Assembly: GCA_046570105.1 (NCBI GenBank)
Contig: JBKHVI010000028.1
Coordinates: 1-34,627 of the forward strand
DNA: 34,627 nucleotides
Source of the DNA: Bacteriovoracia bacterium
GTDB lineage: Bacteria; Bdellovibrionota; Bacteriovoracia; Bacteriovoracales; Bacteriovoracaceae
Reading direction: 5' to 3'
Part shown: positions 1-9,854 of the stretch, piece after piece
How the letters are laid out: every line of letters begins with the position of its first letter
How positions within the stretch are numbered: position 1 is the first letter of the stretch
Made by a program: the position numbers and the translations under genes
Notes under the pieces: model-generated
What the model was told of the DNA's origin: nothing
The model's input: only the letters and a program-made list of their open reading frames with translations
Database searches by the model: none

Positions 1-1613
1 TTCCTTCATGGAGTCCGGGCTCCTACCTGATGCGGGAGTACTCTCGTCATATTCGCTGGGTTAAAGCGACCCAAGGAAATGGGGAAGTACTGTGGTGTGA
101 GCAGACGGAAAAAGGCACCTGGATTATTGATTGGAAAAAATCAGAACTCAAAAAACCGAGTGATGATTTCTCGCTCTCTTATGAAATTTATCTGCATGAG
201 CTAACAGTTCGAACCTCTCATGTTGATAACACCCATGCCTTCTTACATGGACCAAGTTACTTGATGTGTTTAGTGGGTGGAGAGAAAAATCCGCAAATCG
301 AATTCCGCTTTCCACCGCTGTGGTCAAAGCTCTCGACCTCGATGGACGAAGTCAAAGGTCCACGCGAAAAGTTTGTTTATTCAGCACCAGACTATGACAC
401 TTTGATTGATCATCCAGTTGAAATCGGTTGCCAAGAAACCGATGGCTTTATGGTGGATGGCATTCCTCACGCTCTTGCGTTCTATGGTGAAACCTATCCT
501 CATGGGCAAGATCTTAAAAAAGATATGCAAACCGCTGTAACCGAAGTGGCGCACATGATGGGCGAGATTCCTTTTACTCACTATCAATTCATCACGCATT
601 TTGCTCCTAAGCTCTACGGAGGCCTTGAGCATCTCAATTCAACCGCTTTGCAATTTGATGGCCGCCGTTTGAGTGTGCGCAAGGACTATTTGGCGTTTTT
701 AAGTCTCACCGCCCACGAATACTTCCATGCGTGGAACGTTAAACGTATTCGTCCCAAAGCTTTAGGGCCGTTTGATTATAAAAATGAAGCATACACTTCC
801 ATGCTCTGGCTCGCTGAGGGACTCACGAGCTTTATGGATGATCTGTTTATTTATCGCGCCGGACTCTCAACGCTTGAAGAGTATCTCGATGTGGTGAAGT
901 CAAATCTTGAAGGCTACTACAACACACCTGGAAAAAAGTTTCACTCTCTTGAGGCAAGCTCATTTAATGCCTGGATCAAACTCTATCGCCCAGATGAGAA
1001 CTCAAAGAACTCGAGCATTTCTTATTATCTTAAAGGCGGATTGGTCTTCATGGCGCTGCACTCACTCATGCTTGAGAAAGGTAAGCGTGTGGATGATCTG
1101 TTAAATGCCTTATGGAAAGACTATAAAAATCGTCCTGAGCGAGGTGTAGAGAAAGAAGAAGTCTATGCCATGATCAAAGAGATCGCAGGCAGTGACATCC
1201 TCGCGGAGTTTCAGCGCATGAATGAAACCACCGAAGATATTAATTTTGAATCAGTTATGAAGCGCATGGGCTGTGAGCTGGTGTGGCAAGACGGCGCGCC
1301 AGTGTGGCTCGGTGCTGAGTGGGATTTCGCGGGTGATCGCGCCCTTGTGAAAACGGTGCTGTTAGATTCTCCGGCCGCCAAATCAGGTCTGAATGCCGGA
1401 GATGAGTTGATCTCGCTTAATGGTCTGCGTGTCTTAAAAGATGATGTTGAGAAGTTTGCGCAAAATATGAAGATTGATGTGAATTATGAATTCACCGTCG
1501 CGCGCCTAGGTAAGCTCACCAAGCTTGATGTGCGTTTTGATAAAGGGCCACGCTCTTTGAAAGAGATCAAGATTATTGATCGCGTGGTGGCAGAGAAGGC
1601 GTTTAAACGCTAA
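1..1613 (+). CDS. M61 family glycyl aminopeptidase with C-terminal PDZ domain (5'-truncated by window edge)
   Basis: Frame is open from base 3 (PSWSPGSYLMREY, the typical M61 N-terminal motif), so the true start lies upstream. GGLEH, HEYFH zinc motif and WLAEGLT present; PDZ-like SPAAKSGLNAGD near the C-terminus. Confidence 0.9.
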   Translation, partial: PSWSPGSYLMREYSRHIRWVKATQGNGEVLWCEQTEKGTWIIDWKKSELKKPSDDFSLSYEIYLHELTVRTSHVDNTHAFLHGPSYLMCLVGGEKNPQIEFRFPPLWSKLSTSMDEVKGPREKFVYSAPDYDTLIDHPVEIGCQETDGFMVDGIPHALAFYGETYPHGQDLKKDMQTAVTEVAHMMGEIPFTHYQFITHFAPKLYGGLEHLNSTALQFDGRRLSVRKDYLAFLSLTAHEYFHAWNVKRIRPKALGPFDYKNEAYTSMLWLAEGLTSFMDDLFIYRAGLSTLEEYLDVVKSNLEGYYNTPGKKFHSLEASSFNAWIKLYRPDENSKNSSISYYLKGGLVFMALHSLMLEKGKRVDDLLNALWKDYKNRPERGVEKEEVYAMIKEIAGSDILAEFQRMNETTEDINFESVMKRMGCELVWQDGAPVWLGAEWDFAGDRALVKTVLLDSPAAKSGLNAGDELISLNGLRVLKDDVEKFAQNMKIDVNYEFTVARLGKLTKLDVRFDKGPRSLKEIKIIDRVVAEKAFKR

Positions 1614-2829
1614 CTCCATGCTTGGCGGCAACCTTATCGAAGTACTGCATGCACTTCTTGGCGTAGTTACGTTTCTCAACGTAGTTGCCTGGGTAGAAGG
1701 CGCGTTTGTAGCCGTAGGCGACGACGTCTTTTAAGAGTTTGACTGGTAATTCAAAATTATCCACCGCCAGTTTGTATTCACGCGACATAGTGGTATTTGA
1801 AACCAGGCGATTGTCGGTGCACAAAGAAACTGACATACGATTTTGCAGCATCTTTCCAAACGGATGGTCTTTGATATCTTTGAGCGTTGGGTTGGTTTGT
1901 AAGTTCGATGTGAGACACACTTCAATCATCACACGTTTATCCGCGATGTAGCTCGCGAGATCATTCACATATTTTTTGCGATCGGTGATGCTCTCGTCCG
2001 CAATTTTATTTTCATCGAACAGATAGTAACCATGGCCGATACGGTCAGCGTAGCAGTCAGTAATAGCTTGAAAAATACTTTCGGCGCCATAGGCTTCACC
2101 GGCATGCACCGTTTTATGCATGAAGTGTTTATGAGCGTAGTCGTAAACTTCTTTAAATTTACCTGGCGGGTAGCCATCTTCTTGGCCTGCCAGATCAATT
2201 CCCACTATCGGTAGACCCATTTCATCGCGCACTTTAATCGCCGCCTTCACTAATTGAAGAGCACCATCGCGGATGACTTCCATCTCACGCGAGTATTCCA
2301 TCATTTTAAAAAAGCGCGTGTAGAAAGGTGAGTAGCCTTTAGGACCAAACTTTCTCATAGCACAGACGATGATGCCGTAATGAAATTCCGGTTTGTCGCC
2401 ATTTTTGACTTCGGGTTTTAAGTTGTATTCTTTTTTGGCGCGCTCGAAACCTTTGCAGGTCGCCGCTAGCACACTTTCCATGGTGAGATTTTTTTCGACA
2501 TCCATCAAAAGCTGAGGAGCAAAGCGCGGCTCGATGTAGGTCACACCTTCATTTTGATTATCCACGGCGAGTTCATAGGAAACTTGCTCGATGACTTCGA
2601 GGTCACGCAACACAGAACAGGTGTATTGGAAGCCATGAAGATACTCACCAAGATTAGCGTAAGCATCTTTGAAAACGAGTTCTCTTAGTCCTGCTTCTGT
2701 TTGAGAAGGAAGATCAATTTTGAGTTTTTTGGAAGCTTCGATAAGGGTAGGGATGCGCAATGAGCCATCTAGGTGCAGGTGAAGGTCGGATTTGGGCATT
2801 TCACGGATAAAAGCGTCAGTGTATTTCAT
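1603..2829 (-). CDS. add: Adenosine deaminase family protein
   Basis: MPKSDLHLHLDGS, GIDLAGQE, TVHAGEA, RIGHG, EVCLTSN and CTDN motifs. Start moved to ATG 2829 (MKYTDAF) to avoid overlap with the upstream gene. Confidence 0.9.
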   Translation of the reverse strand: MKYTDAFIREMPKSDLHLHLDGSLRIPTLIEASKKLKIDLPSQTEAGLRELVFKDAYANLGEYLHGFQYTCSVLRDLEVIEQVSYELAVDNQNEGVTYIEPRFAPQLLMDVEKNLTMESVLAATCKGFERAKKEYNLKPEVKNGDKPEFHYGIIVCAMRKFGPKGYSPFYTRFFKMMEYSREMEVIRDGALQLVKAAIKVRDEMGLPIVGIDLAGQEDGYPPGKFKEVYDYAHKHFMHKTVHAGEAYGAESIFQAITDCYADRIGHGYYLFDENKIADESITDRKKYVNDLASYIADKRVMIEVCLTSNLQTNPTLKDIKDHPFGKMLQNRMSVSLCTDNRLVSNTTMSREYKLAVDNFELPVKLLKDVVAYGYKRAFYPGNYVEKRNYAKKCMQYFDKVAAKHGVSV

Positions 2830-2864
2830 CTTGGTAAAATACCCAAATCCATTAGAACTGAAAA
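2830..2864 (-). promoter_or_regulatory. Putative sigma70 promoter giving a leaderless add mRNA
   Basis: On the minus strand TTTTCA-N17-TATTTT-N6-ATG; no SD visible. Confidence 0.4.
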
Positions 2865-2866
2865 GC

Positions 2867-3439
2867 TTACTTCTTCTTGTTTGGCTTCGTTGCGTCAGCT
2901 GCAGCGGCCACAACTACTTTGAAATCCAAGACCACTTCGTTGTCGATAACTTTGTCGCCCAAGGCCTTCACATCAAAGAAGTCCTTTGAGTTGTACTGCA
3001 TGCCGTATTTAGTACGGTCAAACTTCAAAGTTCCAGCGTATGTGTTGCCGGCTTTTTTAACAGCAAAGTTCACTGGATGTGTTTTGCCTTTAACTGTGAG
3101 GTCCGCTGTTACGGCATCACCTTTGACTGATTTCACTACAAGTTTGGCCGTAGGGTATTTCTCTACTTCAAGAAAATCTGGACTCTTCAAGTGGCCAATC
3201 AATTTATCCGCCCATTCGCCAGAGATGTCATCGACAGTCATTTTATTAAGGTCGATGACGAATTCGCCGCCTTTGAGCATGCCATTTTCTTCTACGACTT
3301 TACCGCTTTGAAGAGCGACTTTACCGTAGTGAGGGCCTGCGATTTTTTTACCAGTCCATTTGAATTCGCTTTTGGCGACATCAACATTGGCGATGGCATT
3401 GAAAGAGAGAGCGATCAGAGCAGTCATTAGAAATTTCAT
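2867..3439 (-). CDS. YceI-family (polyisoprenoid-binding) periplasmic protein
   Basis: Signal peptide; S.F.WTGKK, GHLKSPDFLEVEKYPTA, LTVKGKTHPV and DRTKYG motifs; AGGAG SD upstream. Confidence 0.88.
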   Translation of the reverse strand: MKFLMTALIALSFNAIANVDVAKSEFKWTGKKIAGPHYGKVALQSGKVVEENGMLKGGEFVIDLNKMTVDDISGEWADKLIGHLKSPDFLEVEKYPTAKLVVKSVKGDAVTADLTVKGKTHPVNFAVKKAGNTYAGTLKFDRTKYGMQYNSKDFFDVKALGDKVIDNEVVLDFKVVVAAAADATKPNKKK

Positions 3440-3456
3440 ATTAACTCCTTGTTAGT

Positions 3457-4209
3457 TTATGAATATTGGACAGTTCTCATTGAGAGAGAGCCAGCTTGTA
3501 TTTGTTCAAAGGGAAAAGAAAGTTTTTCATCATCATGGGTGCTACCGAAAACATACAGCAACGGTAAGTAGTGTTCTGGTGTCGGGTGTGCTTGCTGCCA
3601 TAACTTTTGGTACTGCGGTTTTTCATTTCGAAGCCACGCCACATCTCTTTTAATTAACGCTTCTTTAGTGCGCTCATCGAATTCTACCGCCCATTCACGA
3701 GGCTTTGCGTTGGGAGTAAAGTCGAGGTCTCGGAGATTATGAGTGATATTGCCACTTCCTAAAACTAAAATCTCTTCCTGTCGAAGTTGACGCAAATGCG
3801 CTCCGAGGGCCATGTGTTCTTTCATATTCAAACGCGTCGAAAGACTGATCTGCGTTACTGGAATATCGGCCTTGGGATACAAGTATTTCAATACACTCCA
3901 GGTGCCATGATCAAAACCCCATTGTTCATCAGGACTACTCCAGCCTTGTGGTTTCATTTTAAAACCTGGAGCGGGGTATTGAACCTGATAGAGTTTCTCG
4001 GGGAATCCATAAAAATCGTGGATGGTACGTGGCTTCTCAACGTTGAGATGCTTTGTTGCCGGAGTTGTCCAGTGGGCGGATACCATCACGATGGCGCGTG
4101 GGCGAGGAATCGTTTCACCGAGTTTAGTTAAATGTTTTGTCCAGGCGCTCTCTTCGAGAGCATTCATGGGAGAGCCATGGCCAATAAAGATTGTAGGCAT
4201 TAATTTCAT
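3457..4209 (-). CDS. ygiD: 4,5-DOPA extradiol dioxygenase-like (YgiD/LigB class III) ring-cleavage dioxygenase
   Basis: FIGHGSPMN, VSAHW, HDFYGFP, WGFDHGTW, GSGNITHNL and AHPTPEHYLPL motifs; start set at ATG 4209. Confidence 0.88.
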   Translation of the reverse strand: MKLMPTIFIGHGSPMNALEESAWTKHLTKLGETIPRPRAIVMVSAHWTTPATKHLNVEKPRTIHDFYGFPEKLYQVQYPAPGFKMKPQGWSSPDEQWGFDHGTWSVLKYLYPKADIPVTQISLSTRLNMKEHMALGAHLRQLRQEEILVLGSGNITHNLRDLDFTPNAKPREWAVEFDERTKEALIKRDVAWLRNEKPQYQKLWQQAHPTPEHYLPLLYVFGSTHDDEKLSFPFEQIQAGSLSMRTVQYS

Positions 4210-4265
4210 AACATCATCATCGGGCAAAACTGATTGTTTCAAAAGTAGACATGTTTGCGCTTGTG

Positions 4266-4284
4266 TGTTGCAATAAATGCAACA
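4266..4284. promoter_or_regulatory. LysR-type recognition box between the divergent ygiD-like and LysR genes
   Basis: Perfect inverted repeat TGTTGCA-N5-TGCAACA containing T-N11-A (4269/4281); a weaker TGTTTC-N5-TAGACA site lies at 4235-4251. Confidence 0.7.
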
Positions 4285-4295
4285 ATGAGGCAACC

Positions 4296-5192
4296 ATGCG
4301 GGATATTGATCTTAATCGACTCCTAGTTTTTAAAGTCGTCGTGCTGACGGGAAGTTTTTCTAAAGCTGGTTTGCAGATGCGCATGCCCAAATCGCGGGTG
4401 AGTCGCCAGATTGCATCTTTAGAAAAAGAATTGGGGTTGCCGTTAATTTATCGCACCACACGCTCTTTTCAGCTCACCCAAGCAGGGAAAGATTTATTTC
4501 AAAGAGCGCTACCGGCCTTAAATGATATTGAAGGCGTTTTACAAAATCTGGGTGATTCTAAAACCGATATGCAGGGACGTGTGCGCTTTACTGTTCCCGA
4601 AGATGTAGGAGTGGAATTGATGGCAGGCCTTTGTCATGAATTTCAATTAGCCCACCCTCGTGTCGAAATTGATTTGATTGTGGATAATCGTTCAATTGAT
4701 CTCGTTAAAGAAGGTGTCGATCTGGCGCTCAGGATGGGTAAAGTTAAAGATAGTTCTATGACAGGGAAAAAGTTGGGTGAAGTGCATTTGGGGTTATATG
4801 CGGGAGTGGCGCTTTTTCAGAGGCATGCTCGCCCGCAAAAAATTGAAGATTTAAATCAAATGCCCTTCTTATCGTTCTTTGGTAGTGATCCACAGACGAT
4901 TAAGCTCAAAGGACCGAAGTCTGTGTGCTCGATTAAAGTGAATCCGCATTTTAATTGTAATAACTTTTTCGTTTTGAAAAAAATGGCCTTGGCAGGCAAT
5001 GGGTTTACTCTGTTGCCTTCGTATTTGGTGCGTGAAGAAGTGGCGCGTGGGGATTTGGTTCCTTTATTTAAAGAATGGCATCACGAAGAAGTTCCGGTGC
5101 ATCTGTTGTATCCTCAGCAAAAAAATATGCCGCCACGCCTACGCGTGTTGATTGATTTCATGGCCCGTCGCCTTGCTGAGAAAATGTCATGA
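4296..5192 (+). CDS. LysR-family transcriptional regulator (CrgA/DmlR-like)
   Basis: HTH GSFSKAG..PKSRVSRQIASLEKELG, RTTRSFQLTQAG, DLVKEGVDLALR; ATG 4296 preceded by GAGG. Confidence 0.92.
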   Translation: MRDIDLNRLLVFKVVVLTGSFSKAGLQMRMPKSRVSRQIASLEKELGLPLIYRTTRSFQLTQAGKDLFQRALPALNDIEGVLQNLGDSKTDMQGRVRFTVPEDVGVELMAGLCHEFQLAHPRVEIDLIVDNRSIDLVKEGVDLALRMGKVKDSSMTGKKLGEVHLGLYAGVALFQRHARPQKIEDLNQMPFLSFFGSDPQTIKLKGPKSVCSIKVNPHFNCNNFFVLKKMALAGNGFTLLPSYLVREEVARGDLVPLFKEWHHEEVPVHLLYPQQKNMPPRLRVLIDFMARRLAEKMS

Positions 5193-5743
5193 AGATGCTT
5201 GTCTCAGGCTTTGAGCCATTCGGCGGTGATCCGATTAATCCATCGATGGAGTTTTTGGGATGGCTCTCTGGAAGAAAACTGCCATTTGAATTGAAAACTG
5301 TGCTCTTGCCGGTCAGTTTTCAAAATGGCTTCGCCACACTTCAAAAAACTATTAATGAATTTCATCCCGATATCGTCATCGCAACAGGGTTTGCCAAAAA
5401 CCGCACGGAACTTACCGTCGAGAAAATTGGCATCAATTGGATGGATGCGCGTATTGCTGATAATGATGGTTTCCAACCTCTCCAGGCACCCATCGACCCT
5501 CAAGGCCCCGATGGGTTATTCGCTCGACTGCCGTTGAGTCAAATGGTGGCGGCGTCAATGAGTGTAGGAGTGCCAGCTAAAATCTCAACGACGGCCGGAG
5601 AGTATGTTTGTAATCATGTGCTGTATTCATTATTGAATTCATACCCACAACTTAGCTGTGGCTTTATTCATTTGCAGTCGACGGATGTTTTTGAGGGCGT
5701 TGAGGCGATGTTAAAAGTCGCCTTACTTCCGAATCGGAAGTAG
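5189..5743 (+). CDS. pcp: Pyroglutamyl-peptidase I (C15)
   Basis: SGFEPFGG..INPS, EKIGIN, DARIADNDG, AGEYVCN (catalytic Cys) and GFIH; ATGA overlap with the LysR gene. Confidence 0.92.
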   Translation: MKMLVSGFEPFGGDPINPSMEFLGWLSGRKLPFELKTVLLPVSFQNGFATLQKTINEFHPDIVIATGFAKNRTELTVEKIGINWMDARIADNDGFQPLQAPIDPQGPDGLFARLPLSQMVAASMSVGVPAKISTTAGEYVCNHVLYSLLNSYPQLSCGFIHLQSTDVFEGVEAMLKVALLPNRK

Positions 5744-6316
5744 TTATTTTGGTAACTTAGCTTTTGAAATGAGGATATTTCCGCGTTTTTCTTGCTGCCA
5801 GCTACCCTTAAAGGGTGAATTGATTAATTCATAATCTCCACTTCCGATTCGGAAGTGATTAAGCCAAATATCTGTTTGGGCCATCACGGGCAGCGCTTTG
5901 TAAGCGGCTTCTTTAATTGACCACAATTCCAAAAGTGAAACGCTGATGTCGGCTTCATGGTGAATTTTACTTTTCACATGTTCAGGGACTTTGCGAGAAG
6001 TAAGTTCTATATCGAGCCCCATGCCTCGTAAGCTTGCTGCCGGTTCAAGCCAAGCGGCGGCGTAGTCTTTAGTGTGAGAAAGAGAAAAACGCCAATGGGG
6101 CAGATGCGCGAGTTCATGAAAATTTTTAAAGATAGCCGTGTTGGGTTTTAACTCAATACCGTGCTCTTTAAAACAAAGCGACAAGCAGACGCGCGCCAGC
6201 GCCCATTCTTTCTGACGATTCAAATGAAACCCACTTAACCGCGATTGAGCGAGATGAAGCCAAGCCTCTCGGAGGTCGATGGGTGCTTCATCCCAATTTA
6301 AAACGACAAGGCTCAA
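5744..6316 (-). CDS. 4'-phosphopantetheinyl transferase (Sfp/EntD-like)
   Basis: FSLSHT, GLDIE and WSIKEAAYKAL motifs; TTGA start/stop overlap with the upstream ABC gene. Confidence 0.85.
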   Translation of the reverse strand: MSLVVLNWDEAPIDLREAWLHLAQSRLSGFHLNRQKEWALARVCLSLCFKEHGIELKPNTAIFKNFHELAHLPHWRFSLSHTKDYAAAWLEPAASLRGMGLDIELTSRKVPEHVKSKIHHEADISVSLLELWSIKEAAYKALPVMAQTDIWLNHFRIGSGDYELINSPFKGSWQQEKRGNILISKAKLPK

Positions 6317-8103
6317 TGGAGTTGATCCTCTGATATCGCCTGTCCGGCCGGTTTACGAAGAGTCTTGATAATCTTTCCATTCTCAAGCACCACGATAAAA
6401 GAAGCCAGTCTTAGCGTTTCAATTCTATGCGCGATAAATAGCGTCGTGCGTCCTTGGAAGAGTTCTCCTACATGACCTAGCCATTCTTCTTCAGTTAATT
6501 GATCAAGACTCGCTGTCGCTTCATCAAAAACCAACAGACGTGGATCTTGCAAAAGTGCACGACACAATAAAAGCAACTGCTTTTCACCTTGGGATAAGGG
6601 AAGCGTCTCGGCTTTGACTAGCATATCGAGCCCACCGGGCAGAGCATGGATTTTTTCTAATAGACCGACACGTTTAAGGCGTTCATTGATTTGTTCATCC
6701 GTTACTTCTTCACGCCACAGACGAAGATTCTCACGAACGGTATCAGTGAAAATAAAGAGGTCTTGCGAGATGTGCCCAATCCAGCGCGCACGTCTAGCAG
6801 GTGGAAGGGCCAAAATATCTTCATTGCCCCAAGAAATTTTACCGCCACTCAAGGGGTAGAGTCCTAGCATCAAATGGGCAAGTGTTGTTTTGCCTGAGCC
6901 CGTGCGGCCAACGAGTGCCGTCACTTCACCTTCTGGCAGTTCGAGATTGAAATTTTCAAAGAGTGGTCGATCTGCACGGTAGGAGAAATTTAAATTTTCA
7001 AAACGAATAACACCTTGAGGAGTTACCCCTGAATCAGGGATTGAAACGGCTTCAGTGTTAATCTGTTCAGGCAATAATGTTCTCAAGCGCTTCACTGAGC
7101 CCAAAGCCGTGACCAGTGTATTAAGCTTTTCGGAAATTTCAAAAAATGGTCCAAAGATCAGGCCGACGTAGGTGCATGAAGCGATAAAACCACCGATGGT
7201 AATTTCTCCCTCACGCAATTGATAAACTCCTAAGGCGATAACAAGAGAGTAGGTCACTCCCATAACCAGCACGTGCGCTGAAGAAAAGCTGCCCCAGGTG
7301 AGAATGTTTCTCATGGTGAGTGAGGCAAAAAGATCTTGCAAGCGTTCATGACGTCGCGCCCATTTGGGCGAGAAGGGCTGTGAGTGGAGCACGCCTAAGT
7401 TATTCATGGTATCAGCGGCATGAGAAGAGAGACGTGAAAGAACGTTACGAAGGGCCCGGCCCCAACGCATCTGAGCTTGCGATACGTTGAGCATGAAAAT
7501 ACCCATGGGGATCAATGTGCAAAGGACTAAGAGTGCGGCCTTCATGGAAAGCGTCGCCATGACGATGACACAACCAATGACTAGCGCAATATCACTGATG
7601 ACCGTGAAGAAATTTGAGGTAAAAAATGACGAGAGATTCGATACATCGTTTACACAACGACTGATCAAGCGGCCCGATGAGTTTTTATCAAAGAAAGCCA
7701 GAGGATATTTTCCTAGTTGGTAGAAAACATCATTGCGCAACTGACGAGTCATCTTTTGGCCGGCCTTGGTCACCACCCACTTGTAAGTGAGATCCGCCGC
7801 GATTTTAAAAATCATCAAAGCGCCTAACAAGAAGCCCCAGACTTCAAATGATGCTGTCTTTGCTACGAGAACATCATCGACAATTTTGGCAACTAAGCGT
7901 GGAGTCGCAACAGATACAAGAGTGGTGCAAAGGAAAAGCACAAAGGCCCAGGCAAGCTTCCAGCGATAAGGTTTGACCCACGGCCAGAGCCAATAGGTAT
8001 CCGTTAGTGCTCCATCCCATTCGCGCGCTTTAGTGAATTGCAAACTGAAGGGACGGAAGTAATAGCGGCGCTCTTCCTCTTCATGGAGTTCTAAGTTGTC
8101 CAT
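6313..8103 (-). CDS. ABC exporter, fused permease-ATPase (MdlB-like subunit of a heterodimer)
   Basis: Hydrophobic TM domain with FFDKNSSGRLISR; Walker A GRTGSGKT, signature LSQGE, Walker B LVFDE, IAHR. Confidence 0.92.
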   Translation of the reverse strand: MDNLELHEEEERRYYFRPFSLQFTKAREWDGALTDTYWLWPWVKPYRWKLAWAFVLFLCTTLVSVATPRLVAKIVDDVLVAKTASFEVWGFLLGALMIFKIAADLTYKWVVTKAGQKMTRQLRNDVFYQLGKYPLAFFDKNSSGRLISRCVNDVSNLSSFFTSNFFTVISDIALVIGCVIVMATLSMKAALLVLCTLIPMGIFMLNVSQAQMRWGRALRNVLSRLSSHAADTMNNLGVLHSQPFSPKWARRHERLQDLFASLTMRNILTWGSFSSAHVLVMGVTYSLVIALGVYQLREGEITIGGFIASCTYVGLIFGPFFEISEKLNTLVTALGSVKRLRTLLPEQINTEAVSIPDSGVTPQGVIRFENLNFSYRADRPLFENFNLELPEGEVTALVGRTGSGKTTLAHLMLGLYPLSGGKISWGNEDILALPPARRARWIGHISQDLFIFTDTVRENLRLWREEVTDEQINERLKRVGLLEKIHALPGGLDMLVKAETLPLSQGEKQLLLLCRALLQDPRLLVFDEATASLDQLTEEEWLGHVGELFQGRTTLFIAHRIETLRLASFIVVLENGKIIKTLRKPAGQAISEDQLH

Positions 8104-9854
8104 GTCGGCTCCTTCACTTGACTCTCTTTCTCATTTCGCAAGAGCGAAGCAAAGAGGGCATGATCACGCTTAATATCTTCAAAGCTTCCTTCACGCGTGA
8201 TGCGGCCTTCTTCTAAAACCAGAATACGATCAAAATTTTTCAAAGAACTCAAACGGTGAGTCGCCAATACCAAAATCGCTCCGGGATCAAGCTTTCGAAG
8301 CGCTTCAATCACCCGACGTTCAGTCGCAGGATCAAGGGCACTGATGGCATCATCCCAAAGATACAATCTCGCTCCTGAATGAAAAGAGCGCGCAATCAAG
8401 GTGCGCTGCTTTTGTCCGCCCGAGAGATTCATGCCTTTTTCACCGACGATGGTGTTGAGACCTTCTGGGAAGAGTGTCACGTCAGTTGAGAGATCAGCTT
8501 TTTCAAGGGCCGCCCACAGCGCATTGGGCTCAAGCGGATGATGAGGTGAAATATTCATGGCGAGCGAGCGACTGAAAATTTGTGGCGTCTGAGGGATGAA
8601 TGAGAGCTGGCGCCATAATGAACGGCGATTGAGCTCGTGATATGAGATATCATCAAAAGTAAATCGCGAGAAACTCAGAGAGTTGGGCTCCCATAATCCG
8701 GCCAGTGTTTGCAAGAGCACACTCTTACCACTCCCCACTGCACCCACAAGAGCGATGTGTTCTCCGGCCTTAAGTTTCAAATCAATTTCATGAAGCAAGG
8801 TTTTCGCTTCAGGTGTGCGAGCTGAAAGGCGTTCAATATAAATCTCACGCAAAGGTGATTCGATCTCGCGAGAACCTTGAAGTTTTAAGGGTAGTTCATC
8901 AATAATAGCAAATCGTCTGGCACCAGCGCGGGCCTGTTGAAAGAGATTCATCAAATAGCCGACACTCATCAATGGCCATAAAAGTTTATCGAGAAGTTGC
9001 AGCGACACAGTGAGTGTACCAAGACCTTGCGCCATCGGTCCATGGCCTTGCCAAGCGAGCACGAGAACGGTGAGATAACTTGATTGGATAACTGTTTGCA
9101 AAGTTCCATCAAGGCCAAGTTCCCATTTAGCAATTCCCAGTTGTTTACCGAAGAGGCCTTGGAGAATGAGATCGTATTTTTTTCTACGAAGCTCAATCAG
9201 ACCTTCCGTTCTAAAAAAACGTGCACCTTGTGATTCTTCAAAAACATATTGTGAAAGATCACCCAAGGTATCCGAGACGGCACCATAACCTTTTTCTAGC
9301 GGACGATGGACCACCATCACGGCAATGGTTAAACCGACGAAAGGCAGTAGCACCCACAATGCTCCCCACCCCAAAATGTAGAAAAGGGTAGCGGGAATAA
9401 AAACGAGATAGGCAATGGAATCAAACAGCACCAAGATTCCAGGCCCCATAAACATCCGGATATTACCGATGTCTTGGGATAGTGTACTGACTACGTCACC
9501 AATTTTGAGACGCGAGGCACGGGCGAAGTCGCCCTGCAGAATCTTTTCGTACGCTTCTTGGCGCAACTCTCTTTCCATGGTGCGTGATGGGATCATCAAC
9601 AAAAAACGCCAAGAGAGGCGCAGCATTGCGATGAGGAAGTAACATCCCGCTAAGATTAAGACGTACTTCAGAATCGGTAATTCTTCCGGTGCTTGCTGAA
9701 CTTTATCAGTAATTTCTTTCACTATGAGCGCTGGGAGCATATCTACCGCGTCGAGTACGATCACCGATAGAATCCCACCGGCATAGTGCCACGGACGCTT
9801 CAAGACGAGGCGTTTAACAAATCGTAAGAAAGAAAATGAATCTGCTGGTGTCAC
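8091..9854 (-). CDS. ABC exporter, fused permease-ATPase (MdlA-like subunit)
   Basis: TM domain; Walker A GAVGSGKS, LSGGQ, Walker B LYLWDD (catalytic E replaced), THR. Start inferred at GTG 9854 with AGGA upstream. Confidence 0.88.
   Translation of the reverse strand: MTPADSFSFLRFVKRLVLKRPWHYAGGILSVIVLDAVDMLPALIVKEITDKVQQAPEELPILKYVLILAGCYFLIAMLRLSWRFLLMIPSRTMERELRQEAYEKILQGDFARASRLKIGDVVSTLSQDIGNIRMFMGPGILVLFDSIAYLVFIPATLFYILGWGALWVLLPFVGLTIAVMVVHRPLEKGYGAVSDTLGDLSQYVFEESQGARFFRTEGLIELRRKKYDLILQGLFGKQLGIAKWELGLDGTLQTVIQSSYLTVLVLAWQGHGPMAQGLGTLTVSLQLLDKLLWPLMSVGYLMNLFQQARAGARRFAIIDELPLKLQGSREIESPLREIYIERLSARTPEAKTLLHEIDLKLKAGEHIALVGAVGSGKSVLLQTLAGLWEPNSLSFSRFTFDDISYHELNRRSLWRQLSFIPQTPQIFSRSLAMNISPHHPLEPNALWAALEKADLSTDVTLFPEGLNTIVGEKGMNLSGGQKQRTLIARSFHSGARLYLWDDAISALDPATERRVIEALRKLDPGAILVLATHRLSSLKNFDRILVLEEGRITREGSFEDIKRDHALFASLLRNEKESQVKEPTWTT

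Noticed and set aside
2830..2913. N-terminal extensions in the ORF track (also 4210-4293, 4251-4295, 9855-9965, 15858-15947, 19545-19586, 22313-22381, 29156-29173)
   Set aside because: They overlap neighbours or regulatory sites and have no family similarity; downstream starts fit SD, promoter or domain boundaries better.
4210..4243. Sigma28-like CCCGATGA 7 nt before the dioxygenase ATG
   Set aside because: No matching -35 at 15 nt; the LysR-controlled context is a better explanation.
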